Positions 8,709-17,820 are shown, counted from the first letter of the stretch. The stretch: DNA of 50,208 nucleotides from an uncultured Gammaproteobacteria bacterium (GCA_964410425.1 CAYPGT010000003.1:4874-55081), one strand, 5' to 3'. Numbers and translations: made by a program. The notes: a model not told the origin generated them from the letters alone.

Positions 8709-9626
8709 ATGTTCAAATTTTTGACACAAAAATTCGTTGGTATTTTACTTACATTATTCTTGTTGATTACGGCTTCGTTCTTTATGTTACGAGCTTTGCC
8801 TGGTAGTCCTTTCGATCAGGAGCGTATTTTAGCACCTGAGATTATTCTCAAGCTTGAGCGTAAGTATGGTTTAGATCAACCACTTAGATCACAGTATCTA
8901 AGCTATATGAAGGGACTACTAACTAAGTTTGATTTAGGTCCCAGTCTGAAATATCCTAACCGCGATGTTATGGATATACTTGCCGATGCTATTCCCGTGT
9001 CTCTTGAACTTGGGTTCTTGGCGTTTATTCTAGCTGTGATTTCAGGATTAAGCCTTGGGGTGGCTGCGGCGCTCTATCCACATAAGGCTGTCGGTAAGCT
9101 GGCTTCAGCGTTAGCGAGTCTAGGCATGTCTATGCCAAGCTTCGTGTTTGCAGGAATTTTAATCGGCATATTTGGGCTAACGCTTAATTGGTTACCCGTT
9201 GCTCTATGGGAGGGTCCTGAATATATAATTCTGCCAGCACTAACCTTAGCAGTAGCTCCTACTGCCTATATCGCACGCATCACTCGATCTGCGATGTTAG
9301 AAACACTCGGAAAAGAACATATCAAAACTGCTCTAGCTAAGGGTTTAGGTTATTGGACTATAGTGCTGAAGCATGGGTTGAGAAACAGTTTGCTGCCTAT
9401 AGTTACTATACTTGGTCCAATTATGGCGCTCTTGGTTACTGGTTCTTTTGTGGTTGAGTATATTTATGCTTTGCCTGGTATGGGTAAGTACTTTGTTACT
9501 GCATTTATTAACCGTGATTACTTTCTAGTCTCTGGAGTGATTATTGTTTTCTCGATTGTCTTGCTCATTACCAATACTCTTGTAGATATTAGTATTCACA
9601 GGCTTGATCCAAAGTTGAGAACTTAG
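8709..9626 (+). CDS. ABC transporter permease, OppB/DppB (peptide/nickel) family, solitary
   Basis: N-terminus MFKFLTQKFVGILLTLFLLITASFFMLRALPGSPFD and a BPD_transp_1-like EAA region (YIARITRSAMLETLGKEHIKTALAKG). Confidence 0.85.
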   Translation: MFKFLTQKFVGILLTLFLLITASFFMLRALPGSPFDQERILAPEIILKLERKYGLDQPLRSQYLSYMKGLLTKFDLGPSLKYPNRDVMDILADAIPVSLELGFLAFILAVISGLSLGVAAALYPHKAVGKLASALASLGMSMPSFVFAGILIGIFGLTLNWLPVALWEGPEYIILPALTLAVAPTAYIARITRSAMLETLGKEHIKTALAKGLGYWTIVLKHGLRNSLLPIVTILGPIMALLVTGSFVVEYIYALPGMGKYFVTAFINRDYFLVSGVIIVFSIVLLITNTLVDISIHRLDPKLRT

Positions 9627-9637
9627 AATTTTATAAG

Positions 9638-9707
9638 CACTTGAATAATTTGACTGAACAACTCTCGTCTATCGCTCAGCTTGTCCAGGTGTCAAATTAT
9701 TCAAGTG
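9638..9707 (-). repeat. intergenic repeat family B, copy B3 (truncated, inverted)
   Basis: Perfect 17-bp inverted repeat (9638-9654 / 9691-9707). The reverse complement of the interior matches the left ~31 nt of the B core (CTGGACAAGCTGAGCGATAGACGAGAGTTGT). Confidence 0.8.
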
Positions 9708-9724
9708 AAATCAAATTTACAAAC

Positions 9725-10480
9725 TTAGTGCTTTGTCATCTTCAAGACTGCAATTGTCGAAAAATATAATACTAAAAGTGCCATGGCTAGAATGCTCATG
9801 GTGAAAGGGTCCGGTGTCGGTGTGATGATGGCAGAGATGGTGAAAGCGCCGACTATAACATAGCGCCAGGCGGATAATAATTGTGAGCTATGAATGATAT
9901 GAAAACAACTTAGGATAATTAGGATGATTGGTAATTGAAAGGTTATGCCGCAGATGCTTAGAATTGATAACTCTAGATTGATGAAATGCTCTAAGCCATA
10001 GCGAGTCTCTATCACTCCCTGTCCGAAGCCTAATAAGAAACTTAGTAGTGGTGGTAGTACCAGGTAGTAAGCGAAGGCGACTCCAAGCCAGAATAGCAGC
10101 GGAGAGAATCTTAGAATTGGTTTGATGATTCCTAATTCATTATCTTTCAATCCTGGTCGGAGGAACCCTTCTAACTGTCCTAGCCAGACTGGCATAGAGA
10201 TGATTACTCCTAAGAATACTGATACTTTAAGACTGCTAGTGAATAATTCTCCAGGCTTGAGTTGAAAGAAGCTGGAGCCTGCTGGTGCAGCTGCTTCTAA
10301 GAATCTAATAATGGCACTGGAGAAATAAAAGAACGCGATGGTTGCGATGATAAAAGAAACTATGGCGATGATAATTCTGTTGCGTAATTCTGTAATATGT
10401 TCGCTTATGTCCTGTGCATCTATAGTATTAGCCTGCTTGCTTTGTAGATGGTCTTCGCGATTATACTTGGGTTCTGGCAT
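9725..10480 (-). CDS. tatC: twin-arginine translocase subunit TatC
   Basis: EHITELRNRIIIAIVSF motif followed by a six-TM TatC-like profile. Confidence 0.85.
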   Translation of the reverse strand: MPEPKYNREDHLQSKQANTIDAQDISEHITELRNRIIIAIVSFIIATIAFFYFSSAIIRFLEAAAPAGSSFFQLKPGELFTSSLKVSVFLGVIISMPVWLGQLEGFLRPGLKDNELGIIKPILRFSPLLFWLGVAFAYYLVLPPLLSFLLGFGQGVIETRYGLEHFINLELSILSICGITFQLPIILIILSCFHIIHSSQLLSAWRYVIVGAFTISAIITPTPDPFTMSILAMALLVLYFSTIAVLKMTKH

Positions 10481-10773
10481 TAATATACTCTCTTAAATCC
10501 TGAGTGACCACCAATATCTAGAACAAAAATCTCAATCCTCTTGTTGCTATATTGCCATATAATTCTTATATCACTATCAACCCTTGAACTCCAAGCATTA
10601 CCGTAGTTCTTAGAATTAACTTTATGACTTTTTAATGAACTGTCCAGCGGATTCTCTGAGAGCTTCTCTAGTACATCATTTAAGATATTTAGCGTAAGGC
10701 GTTTAGACTTAATGAGCTTTTTGGCGTTTCTGAGATATTCTTCTGAGAATTCAAAATCAAATCTCTTCTTCAT
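10480..10773 (-). CDS. type II toxin, RelE/ParE superfamily (RelE/StbE/YafQ-like mRNA interferase)
   Basis: C-terminal pattern SSRVDSDIRIIWQYSNKRIEIFVLDIGGHSGFKRVY matches RelE-type R(V)GDYR(I)IY...HR..Y. It lies 2 nt downstream of a small antitoxin-like ORF. Confidence 0.7.
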   Translation of the reverse strand: MKKRFDFEFSEEYLRNAKKLIKSKRLTLNILNDVLEKLSENPLDSSLKSHKVNSKNYGNAWSSRVDSDIRIIWQYSNKRIEIFVLDIGGHSGFKRVY

Positions 10774-10775
10774 AA

Positions 10776-11105
10776 TTAATCTTCAAGTAACTTTTCTAAA
10801 CTTTTTCTTGCATTAGGTTTATTCATGTCAAGCTTATACGTTCTGCCGTGTTTCACATCTTCTAAAGCTCTTCCGAAACTTTCTTCTGCTTCTCCTGTGA
10901 GTTGTTCCACATATTCTTGGTCGACAAAATTATTAACGTGATAACTATTTGTTACAACACCAATTTGTCCGGAGATAAAATTTTGCATCAGAAATCTAAC
11001 TACGTCATTACTGGAATAAAAACCCATTGCTTCGCATTTTTTATCAAAATCTCGCTTGAATTTTTTTGTTAGTGGTATTTGTAATTTAGTGTCAGGTTTC
11101 ACCAT
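10776..11105 (-). CDS. putative antitoxin (RelB/DinJ-like)
   Basis: Position immediately upstream of the RelE-like gene. N-terminal pattern LQIPLTKKFKRDFDKKCEAMGFYSSNDVVRFLMQNF resembles DinJ. TATAAT and AAGGAG lie upstream. Confidence 0.6.
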   Translation of the reverse strand: MVKPDTKLQIPLTKKFKRDFDKKCEAMGFYSSNDVVRFLMQNFISGQIGVVTNSYHVNNFVDQEYVEQLTGEAEESFGRALEDVKHGRTYKLDMNKPNARKSLEKLLED

Positions 11106-11195
11106 AAAATAAGCTCCTTTAGTAGTATTATACCAAAATTTGCTATTCTATAACTATTTTATAGTATTATAGGATAAATGTCCGTTATTATATAC

Positions 11196-11495
11196 CTAGC
11201 GTTTCCTGGCAAACCTTACTGTCACTAAATTATCACCATAAAGTAGAGTAACAGAGCTATGGTCAGAACTAAGGCTCTCGGCTTCTTTGGCGTCTATGTA
11301 CATGGATACTTCACCACTGTCACTGGTTAGATTATAAGCGTCGCCGGATTTCTGCAATTTGACTGAATATGATTGACGGAAACCGATGTTAATCCTGGAG
11401 CAGATCTCCACTCTGACTGTTTGTCCCTGCAGGCGTTGCAGGAATCCATGGACTTCGGTTAATTCGTTGTTGTTAAGCATAAAGACTTGCTCCAA
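11196..11495 (-). CDS. hypothetical small protein (99 aa)
   Basis: ORF 18 nt downstream of cimA on the same strand; no motif recognised. Confidence 0.4.
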   Translation of the reverse strand: MEQVFMLNNNELTEVHGFLQRLQGQTVRVEICSRINIGFRQSYSVKLQKSGDAYNLTSDSGEVSMYIDAKEAESLSSDHSSVTLLYGDNLVTVRFARKR

Positions 11496-11512
11496 AATCG
11501 CCCATAACTGCG

Positions 11513-13228
11513 TTACACTCGTCCCTCGCCATCCTCATTTACCACCAGTAAACTCCGGTGGCTCGGGACTCGTAAGCCTTGTTCTGAACGATTTTGAAAC
11601 AAGTCTTGAGATGTTGATTTGATGAGTCCATATTCTATACTATCGACGATTGCATCCCAACTAGCCTTGATGATGTTAGAGCTTACACCGATAGTGTCCC
11701 AATCTTGATCATGCCTGCCAGTATTAATTTGTACTTTAGTGATAGCACCAGTACCTAGATGACTATCTAATATTCTCACCTTGAAATCCTGTAACTGAAA
11801 TTTGTCGACATCTGGATAGTAGTCTCTGAGTGCTTTGCGTAAAGCTTGGTCTAAAGCATTGGCTGGACCGTTACCTAGACTGACCGAATGTTTCTCTGTG
11901 TTCTTAATGCGTATTCTTACTGTAGCTTCAGTTCTCTCACCATTAACGATATGTACATTAGTCTCTATTAATTCAAAAAACTTAGGATATATATCCTCTG
12001 GTGTTTTAGCTGGTTTAAGATCAGCTGCAAAATCTTTAGCAATAATCTTTCTTACTAATAGCTCGAAACTAGCACTGGCATTCTCATAACTGTAACCTTG
12101 ATGCTCCATGTCCTTAATCTTAGCGAGCACTGCTTGTGCAGCGTCTTTAGCTTTAGTTTCATCAGCAAAGTTGAAGCCATTATTATTAAACCAATCGATG
12201 ATATTACTAATGCCTGATTGCTCAGATACTACTATTCTGGTGCTGTTGCCTACTAGAGCTGGATCTATATGTTCGTAGCTAGTCTTGTCCTTAGCTACAG
12301 CGCTGGCATGTAGTCCACCCTTATGAGTAAAAGCTCTGTCTCCCACGAAAGCCTGTGAGTGATTGAGATTCATGTTAGCTATCTCGGCGACTCGGCGAGC
12401 CACGCTGCTGAGGGTGCTGAGATTTTTTTCTGGAACGCAAAGGAGCTGATCATCAGTATATTTGAGCTGCAGGTTAGGAATGATGGAAATTAAATTCGCG
12501 TTACCGCATCTTTCGCCGTAGCCATTGATAGTACCCTGTACTTGAATGGCGCCAGCTCTGACGGCACGAATACTATTAGCTACCGCGAGTTCACCATCAT
12601 TATGCGCATGTATACCAAAACCAATCTTAGAACCAAATTGATTAACCAGCTCCTGGGTAATTTTGTAAATATCTCCAGGAAGAGATCCTCCGTTAGTATC
12701 ACAGAGTACCATGCGCTTAGCACCAGCTTGAATCGCTGTCTCAATGAAGCTTTTAGAGTATTCTGCATTGTTCTTGTAACCATCGAAGAAATGCTCGGCA
12801 TCAACGAAAACTTCACGCCCCTGAGATTTGAGGTAACTAATACTTTCTGCTAACATCTCCAGGTTCTCGGTTAGACTAGCTTTCATGGTGGTCTCTACTT
12901 GCCATGCTGAACTCTTAGCGACAATGCAAATCACCTTGGTATCAGCTCTCAGTAATGCTTTCAATATGGGATCGTCTTCTACTTTAGTGTTAGCTTTGCG
13001 CGTAGAACCAAAAGCAGTTAGAGTGGTATTTTTAAGCTTAAGCTTTTTGGCTTCTTCAAAGAAGTCCACATCTTTAGGATTCGCACCTGGCCAGCCGCCT
13101 TCTACATAGGCTATCCCTAGCTCATCGAGAATAGTTAAGATCTTAAGTTTATCTGCGACACTAAAGGAGATATCGCGCATTTGTGCGCCATCTCTAAGGG
13201 TTGTATCGTAGATCTCTATGTGTTTCAC
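11513..13228 (-). CDS. cimA: (R)-citramalate synthase (2-isopropylmalate synthase family, CimA type)
   Basis: IYDTTLRDGAQ, HAHND and GTINGYGERCGNANL motifs plus a LeuA-dimer-like C-terminal domain. GTG start at 13228. Confidence 0.8.
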   Translation of the reverse strand: MKHIEIYDTTLRDGAQMRDISFSVADKLKILTILDELGIAYVEGGWPGANPKDVDFFEEAKKLKLKNTTLTAFGSTRKANTKVEDDPILKALLRADTKVICIVAKSSAWQVETTMKASLTENLEMLAESISYLKSQGREVFVDAEHFFDGYKNNAEYSKSFIETAIQAGAKRMVLCDTNGGSLPGDIYKITQELVNQFGSKIGFGIHAHNDGELAVANSIRAVRAGAIQVQGTINGYGERCGNANLISIIPNLQLKYTDDQLLCVPEKNLSTLSSVARRVAEIANMNLNHSQAFVGDRAFTHKGGLHASAVAKDKTSYEHIDPALVGNSTRIVVSEQSGISNIIDWFNNNGFNFADETKAKDAAQAVLAKIKDMEHQGYSYENASASFELLVRKIIAKDFAADLKPAKTPEDIYPKFFELIETNVHIVNGERTEATVRIRIKNTEKHSVSLGNGPANALDQALRKALRDYYPDVDKFQLQDFKVRILDSHLGTGAITKVQINTGRHDQDWDTIGVSSNIIKASWDAIVDSIEYGLIKSTSQDLFQNRSEQGLRVPSHRSLLVVNEDGEGRV

Positions 13229-13337
13229 CTTGAGTAAATAAGTATATCACCCAATCTTGTGATTTGTATAGACTTGCAAAATCACTCATCCTTTTGGCTT
13301 AACGAATTACTAATGAACGAAAGTAATTTTTCTGATT

Positions 13338-14462
13338 ATGATTTACTTAGGCATGGAACATTTAATTCAAATTCCAAACTATCAACCAATCGCGTTCCCT
13401 GCACCTCTTTGGCTTCTGCAATTGCTCTTGGTGCTAGGTTTCTTTATTCATCTGATTCCTATGAATGTTTCGCTTGCTGGTGGATTGGTTTCCGCGATCT
13501 TTATTAAATTGGGTAAGGGGAGCGAGGCAAGCTATGCTACTCGCTTAGGCGTAACTCTTGCGCATTCATTACCATTGTTTTTATCGTTTGCTATCACTCA
13601 AGGAATTGTGCCACTCTTGTTCTTGCAGTTAGTTTATGGTCCTCTATACTACAGCTCTTCAATATTGATGGCTGCACCTTGGTTGTCAGTGATATTTATT
13701 CTTCTGACTGGATATTACTTACTTTATATCTATAAATTTAAGAAGAACAAGCAGAACGGTCTCTGGCTTTTATTGCTCTCTACTTTGCTGTTTATGCTTA
13801 TAGGTTTTTTCTTCACCAATAATATGACTTTGATGCTTAACCCTGATAATTGGTTAGCACTAGCGCATAAGCCACATGGCATACATCTTAATCTGGCTGA
13901 TCCTCAAGTGCTACCAAGGTTTCTTCATGTTTTTGTGGGCTCCTTTGCTATCACTGGTATTGCTATCGGTTGTTTTGGGATTTATTACGCTAAGAAAGAT
14001 CCTAAATATTCTGAATGGCTTATCAAGAAAGGCTCTGCGATCTATGCTCTAGTCACTCTATCTCAGTTTCTTATAGGCGCCTGGTTCTTAGTTAAGCTTC
14101 CTAGAGAACAGATGATGAATTTTATGGGACAGGAGCAGATTGGAACAATTTGCTTTATCGCTTCCCTGGTGTTTACGGTGCTTTCTTTGATAGCAGGTTT
14201 TATTAGCTGGAACACTGGTTCTAGATTGGCTTTTAACCTTACTTTGATTACATCTCTGTTGACAGTTTTATTGATGGTGGTGATGAGACATTTACTTAGG
14301 CATTATGCCACGATTGCCTTAATTGATCCAGCAACAGTCCCTGTTAAAATCCAATGGGATCTCTTGATTGCTTTTATTGTTTTTGCGCTGCTATTAATTG
14401 TTTATTTGGTATGGCTTGTAAAGCTTGCTATCAGAGCTTTTGAAGGGAAGAAGGTAAACTAG
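13338..14462 (+). CDS. polytopic membrane protein, distantly CydA-like (first gene of the respiratory operon)
   Basis: About 9-10 hydrophobic segments. TM1 His motif FFIHLIPMNVSLAGG and loop MLNPDNW parallel the motifs in the 16003-17328 product. Its stop lies 2 nt before the Rieske gene start. Confidence 0.6.
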   Translation: MIYLGMEHLIQIPNYQPIAFPAPLWLLQLLLVLGFFIHLIPMNVSLAGGLVSAIFIKLGKGSEASYATRLGVTLAHSLPLFLSFAITQGIVPLLFLQLVYGPLYYSSSILMAAPWLSVIFILLTGYYLLYIYKFKKNKQNGLWLLLLSTLLFMLIGFFFTNNMTLMLNPDNWLALAHKPHGIHLNLADPQVLPRFLHVFVGSFAITGIAIGCFGIYYAKKDPKYSEWLIKKGSAIYALVTLSQFLIGAWFLVKLPREQMMNFMGQEQIGTICFIASLVFTVLSLIAGFISWNTGSRLAFNLTLITSLLTVLLMVVMRHLLRHYATIALIDPATVPVKIQWDLLIAFIVFALLLIVYLVWLVKLAIRAFEGKKVN

Positions 14463-14464
14463 AT

Positions 14465-14911
14465 ATGAATAAATTGACCAGATCAGAGTTTTTAAGAATA
14501 GTATTCGGTATCTTCGCTGCTTTGTGGACGGCAATGACCACATATCCAGTGTTTGCTTACTTAATCTCCGGCGCACGTAAGAAGACAGATGCTGGATCGC
14601 AGATTACTACTCTATCTTTGGGTAAGCTTGATGATTTTATTCCGGGAAGTTCTAAGAATTTTAAGTTTGGTAGTAAGCCAGCTCTAATCATGCGCAGTGA
14701 AACAGGGGAGTTCTATGCTTACGATGCTGTTTGTACACATCTTGGTTGTACAGTGCAATATAGTGATGAGAAGCAAAATATTTGGTGTGCTTGCCATGGT
14801 GGACAGTACGATGCTAAGACGGGCAAGAATATTGGCGGACCACCACCTAAACCACTTACTGCCCTAAAGGTTACTGTTGCAGATGGAGAAATTATAGTTT
14901 CAAAAGTATAA
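14465..14911 (+). CDS. Rieske [2Fe-2S] protein
   Basis: CTHLGCTV...CACHGGQYD cluster-binding boxes and an N-terminal TM anchor with a degenerate Tat-like TRSEFL. Confidence 0.9.
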   Translation: MNKLTRSEFLRIVFGIFAALWTAMTTYPVFAYLISGARKKTDAGSQITTLSLGKLDDFIPGSSKNFKFGSKPALIMRSETGEFYAYDAVCTHLGCTVQYSDEKQNIWCACHGGQYDAKTGKNIGGPPPKPLTALKVTVADGEIIVSKV

Positions 14912-14923
14912 GAGAAATAATTA

Positions 14924-16006
14924 ATGCCTACAGAATCCAATAATAATAAACTATATAACTGGCTTGATGAGAGGCTTTCATTGAGTTCGTGGAAGGATCT
15001 TGCTGAGAAGAAGAAGGTCCCTCTGCACAAAAATACGTTTTGGTATTACATGGGTGGTATTGCTTTGGTTCTCATTGCTATTCAATTTTTTACTGGCATA
15101 TTACTAATGTTCTACTATGTACCAGAGATTAATTCTGCTTATTCATCAGTATTGTTTATTAATTCACAGGTTGAGTTTGGTTGGTTCTTTAGATCTATGC
15201 ATAGTTGGGCTGCCAATATTCTTATATTAGTTTTGTTCTTGCATCTCTTTAGTACTTTTTTTATGAAAGCTTATAGAGCACCACGTGAGCTTACTTGGCT
15301 TAGTGGATTGGGTTTGCTTGTTTTGTGTTTTGGCTTTGGTTTTACTGGATATTTATTGCCCTGGGATGAAGTTGCGTTTTGTGCTACTAAGATAGGTTTG
15401 GATATAGCTAAGCAATTGCCTTTCATCGGTAGTTTGCTTGCGGAGATTCTTCGAGGTGGCGCTGATGTGGGACAGGGGACTATCTCAAGGTTTTTTGCGA
15501 TTCACGTGATTATTCTACCTTTAGCTCTCTTGGGGCTTTTGGGTGTGCATTTACTACTAGTACAGTTGCACGGTATGTCTGAGCCTGATAATTTTACTAA
15601 GCTTAAGTCAACAGAGAAGACTTATGAACCTTTCTTCCCTAACTTTGTGCTTAAGGATTTTATGGTTTGGCTTTTTGTTATTAATGTAGTCGCTACCATA
15701 GTGGTGCTGGCTCCTTGGGGATTGGGTAAGGAAGCGGATCCTTTTGCTCCAGCTCCTGCCGGAATTAAGCCAGAGTGGTACTTCTTAGGAATGTTTCAAT
15801 TCTTGAAACTCTTACCTGCTCATATTGGTCCTTTTGAGGGTGAACCAATTGGTCTTTTGATCTTCCTTGCGATTGGTGGTGTTTTTGCTTTAGCACCTTT
15901 TCTCGATCGATCTAAGCAACCTGAGACAGCTAAACTATTAGAGATTTTTGGCATAGTTATTATGATTGCGTTCGTCATCTTTACTGTTTGGGGGTTCCTA
16001 GTATGA
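14924..16006 (+). CDS. cytochrome b (b6-like N-terminal part fused to a subunit-IV-like C-terminal part)
   Basis: His pairs are spaced 13 residues apart (HSWAANILILVLFLH) and 14 residues apart (HVIILPLALLGLLGVH), as in b6-type proteins. PEWYF motif present. The haem-ci Cys position of b6 (FYCLGG) reads FWYYMGG here. Confidence 0.9.
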   Translation: MPTESNNNKLYNWLDERLSLSSWKDLAEKKKVPLHKNTFWYYMGGIALVLIAIQFFTGILLMFYYVPEINSAYSSVLFINSQVEFGWFFRSMHSWAANILILVLFLHLFSTFFMKAYRAPRELTWLSGLGLLVLCFGFGFTGYLLPWDEVAFCATKIGLDIAKQLPFIGSLLAEILRGGADVGQGTISRFFAIHVIILPLALLGLLGVHLLLVQLHGMSEPDNFTKLKSTEKTYEPFFPNFVLKDFMVWLFVINVVATIVVLAPWGLGKEADPFAPAPAGIKPEWYFLGMFQFLKLLPAHIGPFEGEPIGLLIFLAIGGVFALAPFLDRSKQPETAKLLEIFGIVIMIAFVIFTVWGFLV

Positions 16007-17328
16007 ATTATCCAGTTTGGCAGTTTCCTATCTTAGGTGGTCCTTGGGTTATAGGTTTAATAGCTTGCATTCACATTTTCATTTCACATTTCGCAGTAGG
16101 TGGAGGCATGTTTTTTGCTGTAACTGAAGAGCTTGCTTATCGTCGTAAAGATCAGAAGCTTTATAATTATCTACAATCTCATTCTAAGTTTTTCCTGCTG
16201 CTGACTACTGTTGCAGGTGCTGTTACTGGAGTAGCTATTTGGTGGGCTATTAGTTTATTTAGTCCAGATGGTATTCATTCTTTGATCCAGACTTATACCT
16301 TGGGTTGGGCTTGTGAGTATGTTTTTTTTGTTGCTGAGATTGCTACTATATTTGTTTACTACTACACTTGGAACCGTATCAGTCAGAGAGAGCATTTGCT
16401 GCTCGCTCGTTATTATGCGATTTTCGCCATAATGACTTTGGTCATTATTAATGGCATTTTGACTTATATGCTTACTCCAGGTGGCTGGCTTGAATCTAGG
16501 AATTGGCTTGAGGGATTTTTTAATCCGACTTACTGGCCTTCCTTGATTATTAGATTGTTGATGATGGCTGCAGTTGCAGGTATGTATGCTTTAGTAAGTT
16601 CGGCGCGTATTAAAGGTGATGATGAGTTTCGTACTCGTATGTTGCGTTACGCTGCTAAGTGGTTCTTGCCGATTTTCTTCCTTGGTCCTATCGTAGCTTA
16701 TTGGTTCTATGTCAATATCCCGGCTGATGTCACTAATAGTATTTTTAATGGATTGCAAAGTTCTGGGTCAGGAAATTTTTCGATCATGGCTAGAGCAGTC
16801 TATCTCACCATGCTGCTTTCAGGTACTATCTTGGTGTTCGTGTTTATTGGACCCTACCTTAATCCTAAGGGTTTCTCTTTTCGCAGTGCCATAATGTTTT
16901 TAATCAGTGGCTTGCTTGTCACGAGCATTGGTGAATGGTCACGTGAGATGTTACGTAAGCCTTATGTGATTTTTGATTACATGTATTCTAATGGTTTGCG
17001 TAAGGATCAAATTGCAGAAGTTAACGAGAAGGGTTTTATGGCTAGTTCTAAGTGGGCTGCTCTTACGGCTGCTGAGTCTAATATTAATCCCATCGGCAGG
17101 GCTATGTTTAAGGGTCAATGTATTAGTTGCCATACCATTGATGGTTATCGTAGTATGAGAAAGCTAATCGCTGAGCGTGATTTAGAGGCTATTGAAGGTT
17201 TCTTAGTAACGATACAGGGAACTGATAAGGAGAAAAATCCTTACTTGCATATAATGCCACCTTTAGTTGGAACTAAAGAAGAAGTTCATGCGTTAGCCGA
17301 GTATCTCGCTACATTAAACGCATTGTAA
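16003..17328 (+). CDS. cytochrome bd subunit-I-like (CydA-like) membrane protein with a C-terminal mono-haem cytochrome c domain
   Basis: ATGA stop/start overlap with the cytochrome b gene. IHIFISHFAVGGG (compare CydA YHFLFVPLTLG), GAVTGVAIWW, CEYVFFVAEIATIFVYYYTW (compare CydA IEGLMAFFLESTFVGLFFFGW) and INGILTYMLTPGGW. CXXCH (CISCH) at 17119-17133. Confidence 0.65.
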   Translation: MNYPVWQFPILGGPWVIGLIACIHIFISHFAVGGGMFFAVTEELAYRRKDQKLYNYLQSHSKFFLLLTTVAGAVTGVAIWWAISLFSPDGIHSLIQTYTLGWACEYVFFVAEIATIFVYYYTWNRISQREHLLLARYYAIFAIMTLVIINGILTYMLTPGGWLESRNWLEGFFNPTYWPSLIIRLLMMAAVAGMYALVSSARIKGDDEFRTRMLRYAAKWFLPIFFLGPIVAYWFYVNIPADVTNSIFNGLQSSGSGNFSIMARAVYLTMLLSGTILVFVFIGPYLNPKGFSFRSAIMFLISGLLVTSIGEWSREMLRKPYVIFDYMYSNGLRKDQIAEVNEKGFMASSKWAALTAAESNINPIGRAMFKGQCISCHTIDGYRSMRKLIAERDLEAIEGFLVTIQGTDKEKNPYLHIMPPLVGTKEEVHALAEYLATLNAL

Positions 17329-17351
17329 TCACAATGTATCTTGATAAAACA

Positions 17352-17375
17352 AAAGCCCTCCAAGAGGAGGGCTTT
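17352..17375. terminator. bidirectional intrinsic-terminator-like hairpin between convergent genes
   Basis: AAAGCCCTCC-AAGA-GGAGGGCTTT, a perfect 10-bp stem with A/T runs on both sides. Confidence 0.7.
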
Positions 17376-17409
17376 CAATATTAATTACTCAACTTTGAGT
17401 CTTAATTGT

Positions 17410-17820
17410 TTATAGGTCTTTTACGTTTTCAACGATTTCGTATGGATTATAGTCAATAAAATCTCCATCTAAGCTTGCGCTTTTCGCTGATAGAGGATCA
17501 TTGATACCTTCTACAAAACCATCTACTACGCCTTTGAGTAGACCAGTGACGCCACCAGCAACACCACCAACTACCAGGCCAGTTGGAGTACCGATTAATC
17601 TACCGATAAATCCATCACCCATGCCTTCAGAGAAATCACTAGTGTATGCTACGCCTTTAGAGGTCATGCCACGTACAGTGCCCATTACCGCACCGATCGG
17701 CATTCCTACTATAGGACCAATTATGGAAAGTAAGCCTCTATCTGCTGCCTTAGCAGGTTTGGCGATTACCATGGTCAGTAGAAGAGATATTGCCAGGGGC
17801 AAACTAATTATTTTCTTCAT
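17410..17820 (-). CDS. secreted glycine-zipper protein
   Basis: Start moved to the ATG at 17820, preceded by AAAGGAG. Signal peptide MKKIISLPLAISLLLTMVIAKPAKA, then GxxxG-rich segments (GPIVGMPIGAVMGTVRG, GLVVGGVAGGVTGLLKGVVDG). Confidence 0.65.
   Translation of the reverse strand: MKKIISLPLAISLLLTMVIAKPAKAADRGLLSIIGPIVGMPIGAVMGTVRGMTSKGVAYTSDFSEGMGDGFIGRLIGTPTGLVVGGVAGGVTGLLKGVVDGFVEGINDPLSAKSASLDGDFIDYNPYEIVENVKDL

Noticed and set aside
11386-13109. Five ORFs of 74-103 aa, antisense or out of frame within cimA
   Set aside because: All lie inside the confidently identified citramalate synthase gene, so they are frame shadows.
13259-13507. An 82-aa plus-strand ORF overlapping the start of the first respiratory-operon gene, and a 7-bp palindrome GTGATTT..AAATCAC (13259-13285)
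   Set aside because: The ORF is out of frame with a 374-aa membrane protein that has a far better coding signature. The palindrome is too short and AT-rich to call an operator, and its half-site spacing fits neither CRP/FNR nor NtcA.
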